Part shown: piece after piece, positions 37,834 through 46,579 of the stretch | Numbering within the stretch: position 1 is the stretch's first letter | Layout: each line of letters starts with the position of its first letter | Source of the DNA: an uncultured Prevotellaceae bacterium | GTDB lineage: Bacteria; Bacteroidota; Bacteroidia; Bacteroidales; UBA3663 | Assembly (NCBI GenBank): GCA_964530595.1 | Contig: CAZGZL010000002.1 | Span: 1 to 55,257, forward strand | Direction: 5' to 3' | DNA length: 55,257 bases | Position numbers and translations under genes: made by a program | Notes under the pieces: model-generated | Databases searched by the model: none | Told to the model about the DNA's origin: nothing | What the model saw: the letters and a program-made list of their open reading frames with translations, nothing else

Positions 37834-39444
37834 TTACTCCTCCGTACAAAGTCGCCGAATCGTGGAAATGATCTCGCTATTGCGAAAATCCATAGACATT
37901 GTGATTATATTTCCGTGTTTATCTACCAAACGGTAGGAGGGATATTTCGAAATCATCAGAAAGCTCTCTATCGCATCCTGTTGCCTCTTCGGAAGGTTGT
38001 AGTGGAAAATATTTTCACCTGTAAGGTCATATTCCTTGATGAGGTTCTGCCAAGGCTCTTGTTCGCTGCGATTCGCCAAAAACAGATAGGCAACCGGGCA
38101 ATCTGACAGCTGAGCGGCGGTCTGATTGAATTGCCTGAGTGCTTTGCGGCACGGTGCGCACCATGTGCCCCACACGTCAATCAGCACGACACGCCCCTGC
38201 ATAGGCTCCAAGAGTCGTCGCAAAATGGTTTCACCCTCCGTTAGCCCCGACACATCTACCGAACTGCGCAGATTGACCTCTTTTTGCAGTTTCACTTCTC
38301 TGAGTTGTTCGTATCGCCTCTGCATCCGTTCCAAAGTCGCCCAAGCCTCCGGATTGTGTATCTCGGTGCGTAGAAAGTCCATCTCGTCGTCGTGCAAGGG
38401 GGCTATACGCATATCAAAGGTTGTATGTGCATCGTCGCAGAGCATCAGGTCGCGTGCAATGCTGTCTAAGCCCAAAGAGTCGCACAGCTGTGCTCCTGTA
38501 CGCATATATGCTAACATCGAGGGGTAGACAGCCTTACGTCGATAGTAGCTGATGTAGTCGCGCAACAACATCGGGTAGTAATAATATGCCAAATAGGGTT
38601 GTGCTCGCCGATCTATCATTTGTCGGATTGCCTCCAAATAGGGAGTAGGTACTTCCTTGTCGGCTGATAGATAGAGCACTTGCGACAACTGCCACGCCGC
38701 GGCATAGTCGTACCAGTTACGCATGAATCGCTCGTAACGGGTCGAAAGTGTGGGGACGGCTTGCAGGGTGCTATCCAAATGGTGTAGGACGGCGCTCTTC
38801 TGCTGTTCCAACTGGCGCAGGTACTCCATCAGTTGTTCTCCTGTTGCTTTGGAAGGAAGGTGCATGGGGATGATGATCCATTCCATGGGATGCGCCAACA
38901 GTTCGTTTTGCAGACGTACATCGTCGCCGGTGAAGTATTTGTCGCCGGTGCCGAGGTCGTAGACAAGGTGGTAGGTCTCGCCGGGTTCAATGACGGTGCG
39001 GACCATGAGGCGTTTCCAATCGGAATCGAGTAGCGAGCTGTTCCATACGGGAATCTTCATCGTGAAGCGCCCCAAACTATCCATTTCCGCCTCATAGTTG
39101 CACATATCATCAAGGTTCATCGGATCGTAGACGCTGAACTTGATGGTCGTCCATGTTTGTTGCTGTCGCGGTGTGCGGTTCTGGATCCAACCATTCAGGA
39201 CAACGGTGTCCATACGATAGCCGTTATTTTTCAGATCGGGACGATCGTCGCGTGTCGTGTAGTCCGGTGAGGTGTGTTCCGAAAATAAAATCTCACTCGA
39301 CTCACCTCGGCTCCGTTCGATATCGCAGATGACGGGGCGCCGGGCTTGAAGCGGAGCAATTCCGTATAGAAATAAGCAGAGTAGTAAAAGTCTTTGTGTC
39401 ATGGAGGCAAGGTGTTTCTGGCTTGTCGATTTCTTCGGATGCAT
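37834..39444 (-). CDS. TlpA/ResA-like thiol-disulfide oxidoreductase with a large N-terminal domain of unknown function
   Basis: C-terminal thioredoxin fold with VVLIDVWGTWCAPCRKAL (CxxC). Signal peptide. About 380 aa upstream with no recognisable motif. Confidence 0.75.
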   Translation of the reverse strand: MHPKKSTSQKHLASMTQRLLLLCLFLYGIAPLQARRPVICDIERSRGESSEILFSEHTSPDYTTRDDRPDLKNNGYRMDTVVLNGWIQNRTPRQQQTWTTIKFSVYDPMNLDDMCNYEAEMDSLGRFTMKIPVWNSSLLDSDWKRLMVRTVIEPGETYHLVYDLGTGDKYFTGDDVRLQNELLAHPMEWIIIPMHLPSKATGEQLMEYLRQLEQQKSAVLHHLDSTLQAVPTLSTRYERFMRNWYDYAAAWQLSQVLYLSADKEVPTPYLEAIRQMIDRRAQPYLAYYYYPMLLRDYISYYRRKAVYPSMLAYMRTGAQLCDSLGLDSIARDLMLCDDAHTTFDMRIAPLHDDEMDFLRTEIHNPEAWATLERMQRRYEQLREVKLQKEVNLRSSVDVSGLTEGETILRRLLEPMQGRVVLIDVWGTWCAPCRKALRQFNQTAAQLSDCPVAYLFLANRSEQEPWQNLIKEYDLTGENIFHYNLPKRQQDAIESFLMISKYPSYRLVDKHGNIITMSMDFRNSEIISTIRRLCTEE

Positions 39445-39463
39445 GGTGTGTCACAATGCACCG

Positions 39464-39471
39464 CAAAGATA
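39464..39471 (-). promoter_or_regulatory. Bacteroidetes -7 promoter element (TATCTTTG on minus strand)
   Basis: CAAAGATA on the plus strand, 20 nt upstream of the ATG at 39444. Confidence 0.55.
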
Positions 39472-39525
39472 ACAAAAAGCGGGGTACGGCGTTAATTTAG
39501 ATCCTTAAAATGCGCCAACGAAGGT

Positions 39526-39568
39526 CAAAAAGAACCCCCTTGTCTGAACACATTGCAGACAAGGGGGG
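39526..39568 (-). terminator. Rho-independent terminator of the oad operon
   Basis: Stem CCCCCTTGTCTG / CAGACAAGGGGG. On the minus strand it is followed by TTCTTTTT. Confidence 0.8.
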
Positions 39569-39589
39569 TGTAAATATCTCCGGGTTGGA

Positions 39590-40834
39590 TTAGCCCAAGA
39601 ATGAGATCAACACACCGGCAGCGACGGCAGAGCCGATCACGCCTGAGATGTTGGCTGACATTGCGTATTGCAACAGATTATTCTTCGGATCGTACTTGGT
39701 GGCGATGTCGTTAGCGACACGCGATGCCATCGGCACAGCCGAAAGACCGCAGGCACCTACCAACGGATTGATCTTCTTCTGCGAGAAGCAGTTGAACAAT
39801 TTAACCAAAAGAATACCGCCTGCGATGCTGACAGCGAATGCCAAGAAGCCGCCGACGACGATACCGATGGTCTGCCAGTTCAAGAAGGATTCTACCGTCA
39901 TGGTAGCACCGACGCAGAGTCCTAAGAAGATGGTAGCTGCGTTCATGATGGTGTTGCTGGCTGCATCTGCAATGCGCGAGGTGTTGGCACCGATTTCCTT
40001 GATCAAGTTACCAAACATCAACATGCCGATCAGCGACACGGCTGAAGGAACGATGATGGCAACCAACACGGTGACGAAGATCGGGAAAATGATCTTGGCA
40101 GCTTGGAGGTTCTTGATTTCCTGCTTGTTGGGATAAAGCTTCTCCTGCTGCTTCATGTTGATCAACAACTCCTTCTTGGTGCAGAGCAATTTCACCACCA
40201 ACGGAATAATCACCGGCACGAGCGCCATATACGAGTAGGCTGCAATGGCGATGGGACCGAGCAATTCGGGCGCCAATTTAATAGTGGTATAAATGGCTGT
40301 CGGACCATCGGCGCCACCAATGATACCCAAGGAAGCGGCTTGCTGCGGCGTGAAGCCGAAGACGCCGATAGCGACCAAGATGACAGAGAAGATGCCGACC
40401 TGTGCTGCTGCGCCGAAGATGGCAAGCTTCAAGTTGCGGAGCATCGGTCCGAAATCGGTCATAGCACCCACACCCATGAAGATGATCGGGGGGAGGAAGC
40501 CGGTCTTGATCAAACCGTAGTAGAGCATGTTCATCAATCCCAATTCATGTGCAATCTGCGGCAGAGACATCTCCCAGATGTGGTATTCGCGTCCGTTGGC
40601 GACGATGAGGCCTGTCTGGTCTGCGGCATTTACCCCCATTTCGCCACCGGGGAAATTCGCCAACAGAATACCCATGGCGATCGGAATCAACAACAGCGGT
40701 TCATATTGTTTCTTGATGCCCAAGTAGAGAAACAAGAAACCTAACAAATACATGACGATGAAGCCCGGTTCTTCGGCAATATTGCTGAAGGCGGTCATCT
40801 CGTAGAGGCGTTGAAATATAGAGCTTATATCCAT
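39590..40834 (-). CDS. oadB: Na+-translocating decarboxylase beta subunit (OadB/GcdB/MmdB family)
   Basis: Polytopic membrane protein with conserved blocks GFLFLYLGIKKQYEPLLLIPIAMG, GIIGGADGPT and NLLQYAMSANISG. Confidence 0.88.
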   Translation of the reverse strand: MDISSIFQRLYEMTAFSNIAEEPGFIVMYLLGFLFLYLGIKKQYEPLLLIPIAMGILLANFPGGEMGVNAADQTGLIVANGREYHIWEMSLPQIAHELGLMNMLYYGLIKTGFLPPIIFMGVGAMTDFGPMLRNLKLAIFGAAAQVGIFSVILVAIGVFGFTPQQAASLGIIGGADGPTAIYTTIKLAPELLGPIAIAAYSYMALVPVIIPLVVKLLCTKKELLINMKQQEKLYPNKQEIKNLQAAKIIFPIFVTVLVAIIVPSAVSLIGMLMFGNLIKEIGANTSRIADAASNTIMNAATIFLGLCVGATMTVESFLNWQTIGIVVGGFLAFAVSIAGGILLVKLFNCFSQKKINPLVGACGLSAVPMASRVANDIATKYDPKNNLLQYAMSANISGVIGSAVAAGVLISFLG

Positions 40835-40870
40835 GTCCTATGCAAGTTTCAAAGGTTAAAATAGCTCGGA

Positions 40871-42715
40871 TTAACCGATTTTGAAGAGTACATCGTCTTC
40901 GTAAACCTTGTCGCCGGCATTCACGCAGATGGCTGTGATCACACCGTCGCAATCGGCTGCAACGGCGTTGTAGGTCTTCATAGCCTCAATGTAGCCCAAC
41001 GTCTGACCTTTCTTCACGGCGTCGCCGATTTTGATAGCGGTTTCGGAAGCGTTCTTCACCAAGAAGAATTTACCTTCCAACGGTGACAGTACGTCGGTGC
41101 CGGGACCTGCTGCAGCTGCCGGAGCAGCGGGTGCGCTCTGCTGTGTCGCAGGTGCAGCCTTGCCGTCATTCGGGGCGATGGCAACGTTGTATTTTTCGCC
41201 GTTCACCTCGACAACCAAGGTCTGCGGTTTGATTTCTCCGCTCACCTTGTTCTTTGCAGCCTTCTTCGCTGCCAAGTCAGCTTCGAAATCGGCTTTGGCC
41301 TTACCGCTGCGATAGTTTTCGTACTGCGGCTCGTGCATTGCATACTCGAAGAGCTCTTCGTCGTCCTGACCGAACTCCCAACCTTTCTCCTTCATCTTTT
41401 GACGGTAGGTCTCCAAGGCGTCCGGGTAAGAATCCTGCGGGTTGGCAGAAACGAATTGGCGGCCCTGTTCCTCAGCCAATTTCTTGATCTCAGGAGCAAC
41501 GTCACCCGGCAACTTTCCGGATTTGCCCAAGATCATGCCCCAAATGTCGTCGGCAATGATCGACCAACGCTCTTTGCCCTTCAACATCTGCATCACGTTC
41601 ATCAGCGCTAAGTTTTTCACGTATTGGCTGAACGGAGTGACAAGGGGCGGGAAGCCCACCTTGGGCCAGACGTATGCAACCTCGTCGAAGAGCTTAATCA
41701 TGAGGTCTTCTTGAGTAATCTTCGGCTTGTTGTTCTTCTCGAAGTAGCGGTTGATGCTTTCCAAATTATCCGCCAAATCGTTCATCAGAGAGCCCATCAT
41801 GCCGCCCGGAAGACCCGGAGCGATCAGCAGGGAGTTCATGAAGCGATTGCGTTGAGGAATGTAGTAGCCTAAGAAGTCATCCATGAATTCTTGCGTCAAA
41901 GAGCGCACTTTCATGTAAGCCTCCATATTGATTTCGGGAACCTTGAATCCTGCGTCTTTCAACATCGCTTGGACAGCCAAGACGTCGGGATGTCCTGTAC
42001 CCCATGAGAGGGGTTCCATGCCGACATCTACATAGTCACATCCAGCCTTGCAGACCTCCAAAATCGAAGCCATCGCAAAGCCCGGTCCTGCGTGCGAGTG
42101 ATATTGTACGGGGATGTCGGGGTGCTTCGTCTTGATGTTCTTGACGATCTGACCCAACGACTCCGGACGACCGATGCCTGCCATATCTTTCAGACAGATC
42201 TCGTCAGCGCCTGCGGCGATGAGTGTTTCAGCTAATTCGGTATAATATTTCACTGTGTGAACCGGTGAGAACGTGATACAGAGACAGCACTGCGAAATCA
42301 TGCCGCCCTCGTGTGCATAGCCGATCGAGGGAATGATGTTGCGCGTGTCGTTGAGACCACAGAATGTACGGGCTATGTCGGTGCCTTGCTTGAATTTTAC
42401 CTGATAAAACAGCTTGCGAACGTCGGCGGGAACGGGATTCATGCGGATGCCGTTTAGTCCGCGGTCAAGCATGTGAGTCTGGATTCCGGCTTCACGGAAA
42501 GGCTTGGTCCAAGCGCGTACAGCTTTGTTGGGGTTTTCGCCGAACAACAGGTTGACTTGCTCAAATCCGCCACCATTGGTTTCTACTCGCGCGAAGCACC
42601 CCATCTTAATGATCTCCGGTGCCACGCGAACCAACTGATCCACGCGCGGAACATACTTTCCGGCTGACTGCCACATGTCACGATAGACAAGACTGAATTT
42701 TACTTCCTTTGCCAT
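40871..42715 (-). CDS. oadA: Oxaloacetate decarboxylase alpha subunit (carboxyltransferase plus biotinyl domain)
   Basis: N-terminal HMGL-like/pyruvate-carboxylase-subunit-B-type TIM barrel (RDMWQS, CLKDMAGIG, HSHAGPG), Ala/Pro linker, C-terminal biotinyl-lysine motif IEAMKT. Confidence 0.88.
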   Translation of the reverse strand: MAKEVKFSLVYRDMWQSAGKYVPRVDQLVRVAPEIIKMGCFARVETNGGGFEQVNLLFGENPNKAVRAWTKPFREAGIQTHMLDRGLNGIRMNPVPADVRKLFYQVKFKQGTDIARTFCGLNDTRNIIPSIGYAHEGGMISQCCLCITFSPVHTVKYYTELAETLIAAGADEICLKDMAGIGRPESLGQIVKNIKTKHPDIPVQYHSHAGPGFAMASILEVCKAGCDYVDVGMEPLSWGTGHPDVLAVQAMLKDAGFKVPEINMEAYMKVRSLTQEFMDDFLGYYIPQRNRFMNSLLIAPGLPGGMMGSLMNDLADNLESINRYFEKNNKPKITQEDLMIKLFDEVAYVWPKVGFPPLVTPFSQYVKNLALMNVMQMLKGKERWSIIADDIWGMILGKSGKLPGDVAPEIKKLAEEQGRQFVSANPQDSYPDALETYRQKMKEKGWEFGQDDEELFEYAMHEPQYENYRSGKAKADFEADLAAKKAAKNKVSGEIKPQTLVVEVNGEKYNVAIAPNDGKAAPATQQSAPAAPAAAAGPGTDVLSPLEGKFFLVKNASETAIKIGDAVKKGQTLGYIEAMKTYNAVAADCDGVITAICVNAGDKVYEDDVLFKIG

Positions 42716-42762
42716 AATGAGTATTGAATGTTTTTTGGAATAAAAGACGAAAGTTGTGATTC

Positions 42763-43020
42763 TTATTGTTTCTGGATGTCGACTACCTTGGCGCCGGGCG
42801 CAACCTGAGCGATGGCTTTGCGAATTGCTTCAGCCACTGCGGGCGTTACCGTCGGAGCTGCGGGTGCTGCCTTACGAGGCGCTTCTTCGGGAGCAAGGCG
42901 ATTGATGAGTTGGATCATTCCCTTGCTGAGGTAAATAATCAAAATTAGGATGACAAAGACCGTTCCCATGCCTACAATCATAAGCATGAGCGCCTGCTGC
43001 ATCGGAGTTAGATTTTCCAT
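42763..43020 (-). CDS. oadG: Oxaloacetate decarboxylase gamma subunit
   Basis: 85 aa with a single TM helix (LMLMIVGMGTVFVILILIIYL) then an Ala/Pro-rich tail, in first position of the oad operon. Start set at the ATG at 43020. Confidence 0.7.
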   Translation of the reverse strand: MENLTPMQQALMLMIVGMGTVFVILILIIYLSKGMIQLINRLAPEEAPRKAAPAAPTVTPAVAEAIRKAIAQVAPGAKVVDIQKQ

Positions 43021-43175
43021 AACTATAATTGTTTGATTTGTTGTGTCTGTCGTTAGATATAAGTGCTTTTTCACAATATGGGCTTGCGCATTTATGGGGA
43101 ACTTTTTCTAAATGAACAGAACCTTAGATACGTTAAACCCATTTGCTTGACCGCGCCATTTGCCGCAATCGGGCA

Positions 43176-43183
43176 CAAAAATA
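43176..43183 (-). promoter_or_regulatory. Bacteroidetes -7 promoter element (TATTTTTG on minus strand), candidate oadGAB promoter
   Basis: CAAAAATA on the plus strand, about 155 nt upstream of the oadG ATG. Confidence 0.35.
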
Positions 43184-43218
43184 AAAAAAAAAGAGCAGAT
43201 TACCAAAAATCGCTCTTT
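43184..43218 (-). terminator. Weak-stem, long-U-tract terminator after the yeiH-like gene
   Basis: On the minus strand, AAAGAGC ... GCTCTTT hairpin followed by a T9-10 run. Confidence 0.45.
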
Positions 43219-43235
43219 ATTTTCACTTTTCTGCC

Positions 43236-44279
43236 TTAAAGCAGACAACGTATTAGTAGATATCCGCCTCCAACGAGCCATACATATAGTAGCGCCGCCA
43301 ATACAAAAGGCTTGGCGCCCGCCTGCCGAAACTTGTTGAGCCCGGTGTCTGCTCCCAAGGCGGTCATTGCCATGGTGAGCATGAATGTCGAGATGAGGTT
43401 GATGCACTGCAATAGTTCGTGCATCCAAGCGCCCGGAGCAAATGCTTCGCCGGGAAGCGCGGAATGTAGCAGAGAGTTGACTCCGATCATAGCTAAGAAG
43501 AGGAAGGCAAACCACGGTACCGTGATTTTGCGTTGATGCTGCGAATGTGCAGAGTCGTTCTTCCCTCTGTTCAGTAGGGCGCTCATTAGCAGCAAGACAG
43601 GGACGAGCAGGATGACACGTACCATTTTCACGATGAGGGCGGTTGTCGCCACATCGCTTCCCATCGCGTTACCGGCTCCCACTACGTGCGCCACTTCGTG
43701 AAGCGTGGCGCCTGTGTAGATGCCCATCTGTGTATCGCTCAAGCCCAACAGCCCGCTACGGTAGAGAATGGGGTAGAGAAACATCGAAATCGTTCCAAAG
43801 ATGACTACCGTCGAGACCGCGATCGCCGTCTTGTGGGGCGCTGCCTTTACCACGGGCTCGGCGCCCAAAACAGCGGCTGCACCGCAAATGGCGCTGCCGG
43901 TAGCGGTAAGTAGGGTCGTTTCGCGATCCATCTTCAGTAGGCGTCCTAACCAGAGACCTAAGAGTAGCGTCCCGGCGACTACGATCACGTCAACGATCAG
44001 AGCCGATGCGCCCACGATCATGACGTCTTGAAACGTAAGACGGAAGCCGTAGAGGATGATGCCCAACCGAAGCATCCTCTTGCTGCAAAACTTAAAGCCG
44101 TGTTCCCACGAGACGGGCGTTCGGGGGCGCAATGTGTTGGCAAAGATCATGCCCAACAGAATGCCGATGATTAACGAACTTAATGAGAGGTCTTGGATGC
44201 AAGGAATCTTAGCGATCCACCATGCACAAAGTGAGAGTGCTCCGATCAGGAGCACTCCCATGCTTGTTTCTTTTTTCAT
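43236..44279 (-). CDS. YeiH/UPF0324-family integral membrane protein (putative sulfate/anion exporter family)
   Basis: About 10 TM helices. Blocks LIIGILLGMIF.N, TGSAICGAAAVLG, GIYTGATLHEVAHVVGAG are typical of the YeiH family. Confidence 0.75.
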   Translation of the reverse strand: MKKETSMGVLLIGALSLCAWWIAKIPCIQDLSLSSLIIGILLGMIFANTLRPRTPVSWEHGFKFCSKRMLRLGIILYGFRLTFQDVMIVGASALIVDVIVVAGTLLLGLWLGRLLKMDRETTLLTATGSAICGAAAVLGAEPVVKAAPHKTAIAVSTVVIFGTISMFLYPILYRSGLLGLSDTQMGIYTGATLHEVAHVVGAGNAMGSDVATTALIVKMVRVILLVPVLLLMSALLNRGKNDSAHSQHQRKITVPWFAFLFLAMIGVNSLLHSALPGEAFAPGAWMHELLQCINLISTFMLTMAMTALGADTGLNKFRQAGAKPFVLAALLYVWLVGGGYLLIRCLL

Positions 44280-44300
44280 TTGTAGAGAGAAGTGTAAAAA

Positions 44301-45647
44301 TCAATATTCAGCTAATTGCGCCTCAACAGCGTCGAATTTTGCTTTGAATTCGGCGTCTGTAGCCAGCAGATTGTCGACGTTCTTGATGGCATGGAGCACG
44401 GTAGCGTGGTCTCGGTTGCCGATGACCATGCCAATGCGCGATACCGATTGTGTGGTATGTTTCTTGCACAAATACATAGCAGCCTGACGCGCCAAAACAA
44501 TCTCGCGCTTACGACTCTTGGAATGTAGTTGCTTCTGATCAACGCCGAAGTCTGCCAACACCGCATTGATGATAGCTTCGATCGTGATAGCGCGCTTCTC
44601 CATCTTGATGATCATGCGCATCACTTGTGCTGCTAACTCCTGATTGATGGGACGGTTGCGAACGATAGAGTGAGCTAACAGGGAATTAATGATACCCTCC
44701 AAGTCTCGTACGTTGTCGTCTGCCATACGTGCGATATAGTCGATCACTGACGGCTCGATGCTTAGACCTTCCTTTTTGCACTTCCCTTCCAAGATGCAGC
44801 GACGTAACTCATAGTCGGGATGTTCAATTTCACCGGTGAAGCCCCATTTGAATCGCGTCAACAAGCGCGGCACAAGGTCTTCCAACTCCACCGGCGGGCG
44901 GTCGCTGGTCATGATCAGCTGGCAGCCACGTTGGTGCAGGTGGTTGAAGATATGGAAGAAAGTATTCTGCGTTGAGATCTTTGTCTTGCCCGCAAACTCT
45001 TGAATATCATCAATGATGAGCACGTCAATACTCTGGTAGAAGTTGATGAAGTCGTTGACCAAGTTTCGGCGTACCGCGTCCGTGTATTGCACCTGAAACA
45101 GATGACTGGTCACGTAGAGCACGCGCTTCTCGGGGAAACGCTCCAAGATCTTCAGCCCGATGGCTTGTGCGAGGTGTGTTTTGCCGACACCGGATGCACC
45201 GAAGATGAAATATGGGTTGAAGGCCGTATGACCGGGCTTCTGAGCCACAGTGATAGCGGCGCTTAACGCAAGCTCATTGCTCTTGCCCTCGCAGAACGTG
45301 TCGAACGTGAATTGAGGGTTCAAGAATGAATTGAACTCAGGCTCCTGTCGAACCTCCGGGCGCGGCGGAGCTTGAACGTTCATGTTTGCGTCTTCGGCGA
45401 TGTTCACCTTGTAGTTTAGACGAATTCCATCGCCGAAAATGCGGATCAGTGTTTTTCTAAGTAGATCAAAATACTGGCCTTCGAGATACTCATACACATA
45501 ATGAGATGGCAACTGTAGCGTGAGCATTCCGTCTTGGTAGCCGATGGCCTCCGTCTTTGCGAAGAAGGCATCGTAGGCTTCTTTGTCGACGTTATCGCTT
45601 ATGATGCTGCGGCATTGATCCCATTGTTGCTGGAATTGAGCTTTCAT
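44301..45647 (-). CDS. dnaA: Chromosomal replication initiator protein DnaA
   Basis: FIFGASGVGKTHLAQAIG (Walker A), LIIDDIQEFAGK, TSDRPP, C-terminal DNA-binding domain RQAAMYLCKKHT...IG...DHATVLHAIKNV. Confidence 0.97.
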   Translation of the reverse strand: MKAQFQQQWDQCRSIISDNVDKEAYDAFFAKTEAIGYQDGMLTLQLPSHYVYEYLEGQYFDLLRKTLIRIFGDGIRLNYKVNIAEDANMNVQAPPRPEVRQEPEFNSFLNPQFTFDTFCEGKSNELALSAAITVAQKPGHTAFNPYFIFGASGVGKTHLAQAIGLKILERFPEKRVLYVTSHLFQVQYTDAVRRNLVNDFINFYQSIDVLIIDDIQEFAGKTKISTQNTFFHIFNHLHQRGCQLIMTSDRPPVELEDLVPRLLTRFKWGFTGEIEHPDYELRRCILEGKCKKEGLSIEPSVIDYIARMADDNVRDLEGIINSLLAHSIVRNRPINQELAAQVMRMIIKMEKRAITIEAIINAVLADFGVDQKQLHSKSRKREIVLARQAAMYLCKKHTTQSVSRIGMVIGNRDHATVLHAIKNVDNLLATDAEFKAKFDAVEAQLAEY

Positions 45648-45930
45648 ACTTTAATAAAGAGGTAACTTATGAAGTTTTAATTGATATCCGTAAATGTACT
45701 GGCGAATAGGGGCGCGGTAGCATCCCCATTCTGATTTCCGAGGACAAAAGTCTGTATAATTTTCTTACTGTGCAAGCCTAAAAAAACGTGGTTTTTCTTT
45801 GCTGAATCGTAAGCGGTTGAAAATCAGATATTAAGGCGATACTTCACGGGTCGTTGTCAACGAATTGTTGCGAATGATATAACTTGCAGATTTACAGAAA
45901 GATAAGTTTTCATGGCTTTTGAATTGTTTT

Positions 45931-46063
45931 GTAGTTATCAACAATCTATTATTGTCCGTTCTACGCCTGATAAATGGCGAATTAGATTGTTGATAACTAC
46001 TCGATTGATTGTAGATTTGTTCTAAATATCTATGAAAAATCAATTTGAAGATCCTGTTGATAA
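45931..46063. other. DnaA-box cluster (candidate oriC core) upstream of dnaA
   Basis: Three copies of TTATCAACA, one mismatch from the TTATCCACA consensus: 45935..45943 (+), 45988..45996 (-), 46055..46063 (-). The first two lie in a perfect 18-bp inverted repeat, GTAGTTATCAACAATCTA (45931..45948) / TAGATTGTTGATAACTAC (45983..46000). Flanks are AT-rich. Confidence 0.6.
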
Positions 46064-46540
46064 CTTCAAGTTGTCAATCCCGAATGCGAAGGGTAAAAGC
46101 GTGCGGATCCCCTCTGCGATGTAGAATTTGTCGCGGCTACACATCAGGATCTCGATAGGTTGACCGCCTCGTTCCTCCGTCTCCAAGATTACCTGACGAC
46201 AAGCCCCGCAGGGAGCACACATCTCTTCTGTCAGCTCGCCATTGCTACGGGCTGTAATAGCTAATCTGAGGACGCGCGCCTCAGGAAATCTGCTTCCTGC
46301 ATAGAAGAGGGTAGTGCGTTCGGCACACAAGCCGGAGGGGTAAGCGGCGTTTTCCTGATTGCTGCCGCTCACAATCTCGCCGTTATCGAGTGCGGCGGCT
46401 GCGCCGACCGAGTAATGGGAGTAAGGGGCGTAAGAGCGCAACGTGGCGTCGCGTGCAGCGTCTACTACCACTTTTTGCTCCTCGGTCAATTCATTATACG
46501 AGCAAATTTTTATCTTTGCCGCGATTTCTATCTGATCCAT
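46040..46540 (-). CDS. cdd: Cytidine deaminase
   Basis: Zinc motifs CAERT and PCGACRQ. Start set at the ATG at 46540; the upstream track start is a TTG. Confidence 0.88.
   Translation of the reverse strand: MDQIEIAAKIKICSYNELTEEQKVVVDAARDATLRSYAPYSHYSVGAAAALDNGEIVSGSNQENAAYPSGLCAERTTLFYAGSRFPEARVLRLAITARSNGELTEEMCAPCGACRQVILETEERGGQPIEILMCSRDKFYIAEGIRTLLPFAFGIDNLKLSTGSSN
46511..46518 (+). promoter_or_regulatory. Bacteroidetes -7 element (TATCTTTG) for the glucosaminidase/LysM gene, located inside the 5' end of cdd
   Basis: Exact TAnnTTTG match 62 nt upstream of the ATG at 46580. Confidence 0.45.
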
Positions 46541-46564
46541 ATATTTACGGGCATTTATTTGCCG

Positions 46565-46572
46565 CAAAAATA
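46565..46572 (-). promoter_or_regulatory. Bacteroidetes -7 element (TATTTTTG on minus strand) for cdd
   Basis: CAAAAATA on the plus strand, 25 nt upstream of the cdd ATG at 46540. Confidence 0.45.
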
Positions 46573-46579
46573 CAAGCTA

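Noticed and set aside
43108-43515. 135-aa ORF spanning the yeiH 3' end and the oadG upstream region
   Set aside because: It overlaps a supported gene out of frame and runs through a terminator and a promoter. The composition is not protein-like.
45831-46043. 70-aa ORF inside the dnaA-cdd intergenic region
   Set aside because: It is AT-rich and low-complexity, and it overlaps the DnaA-box cluster. This region is more plausibly non-coding origin or regulatory DNA.
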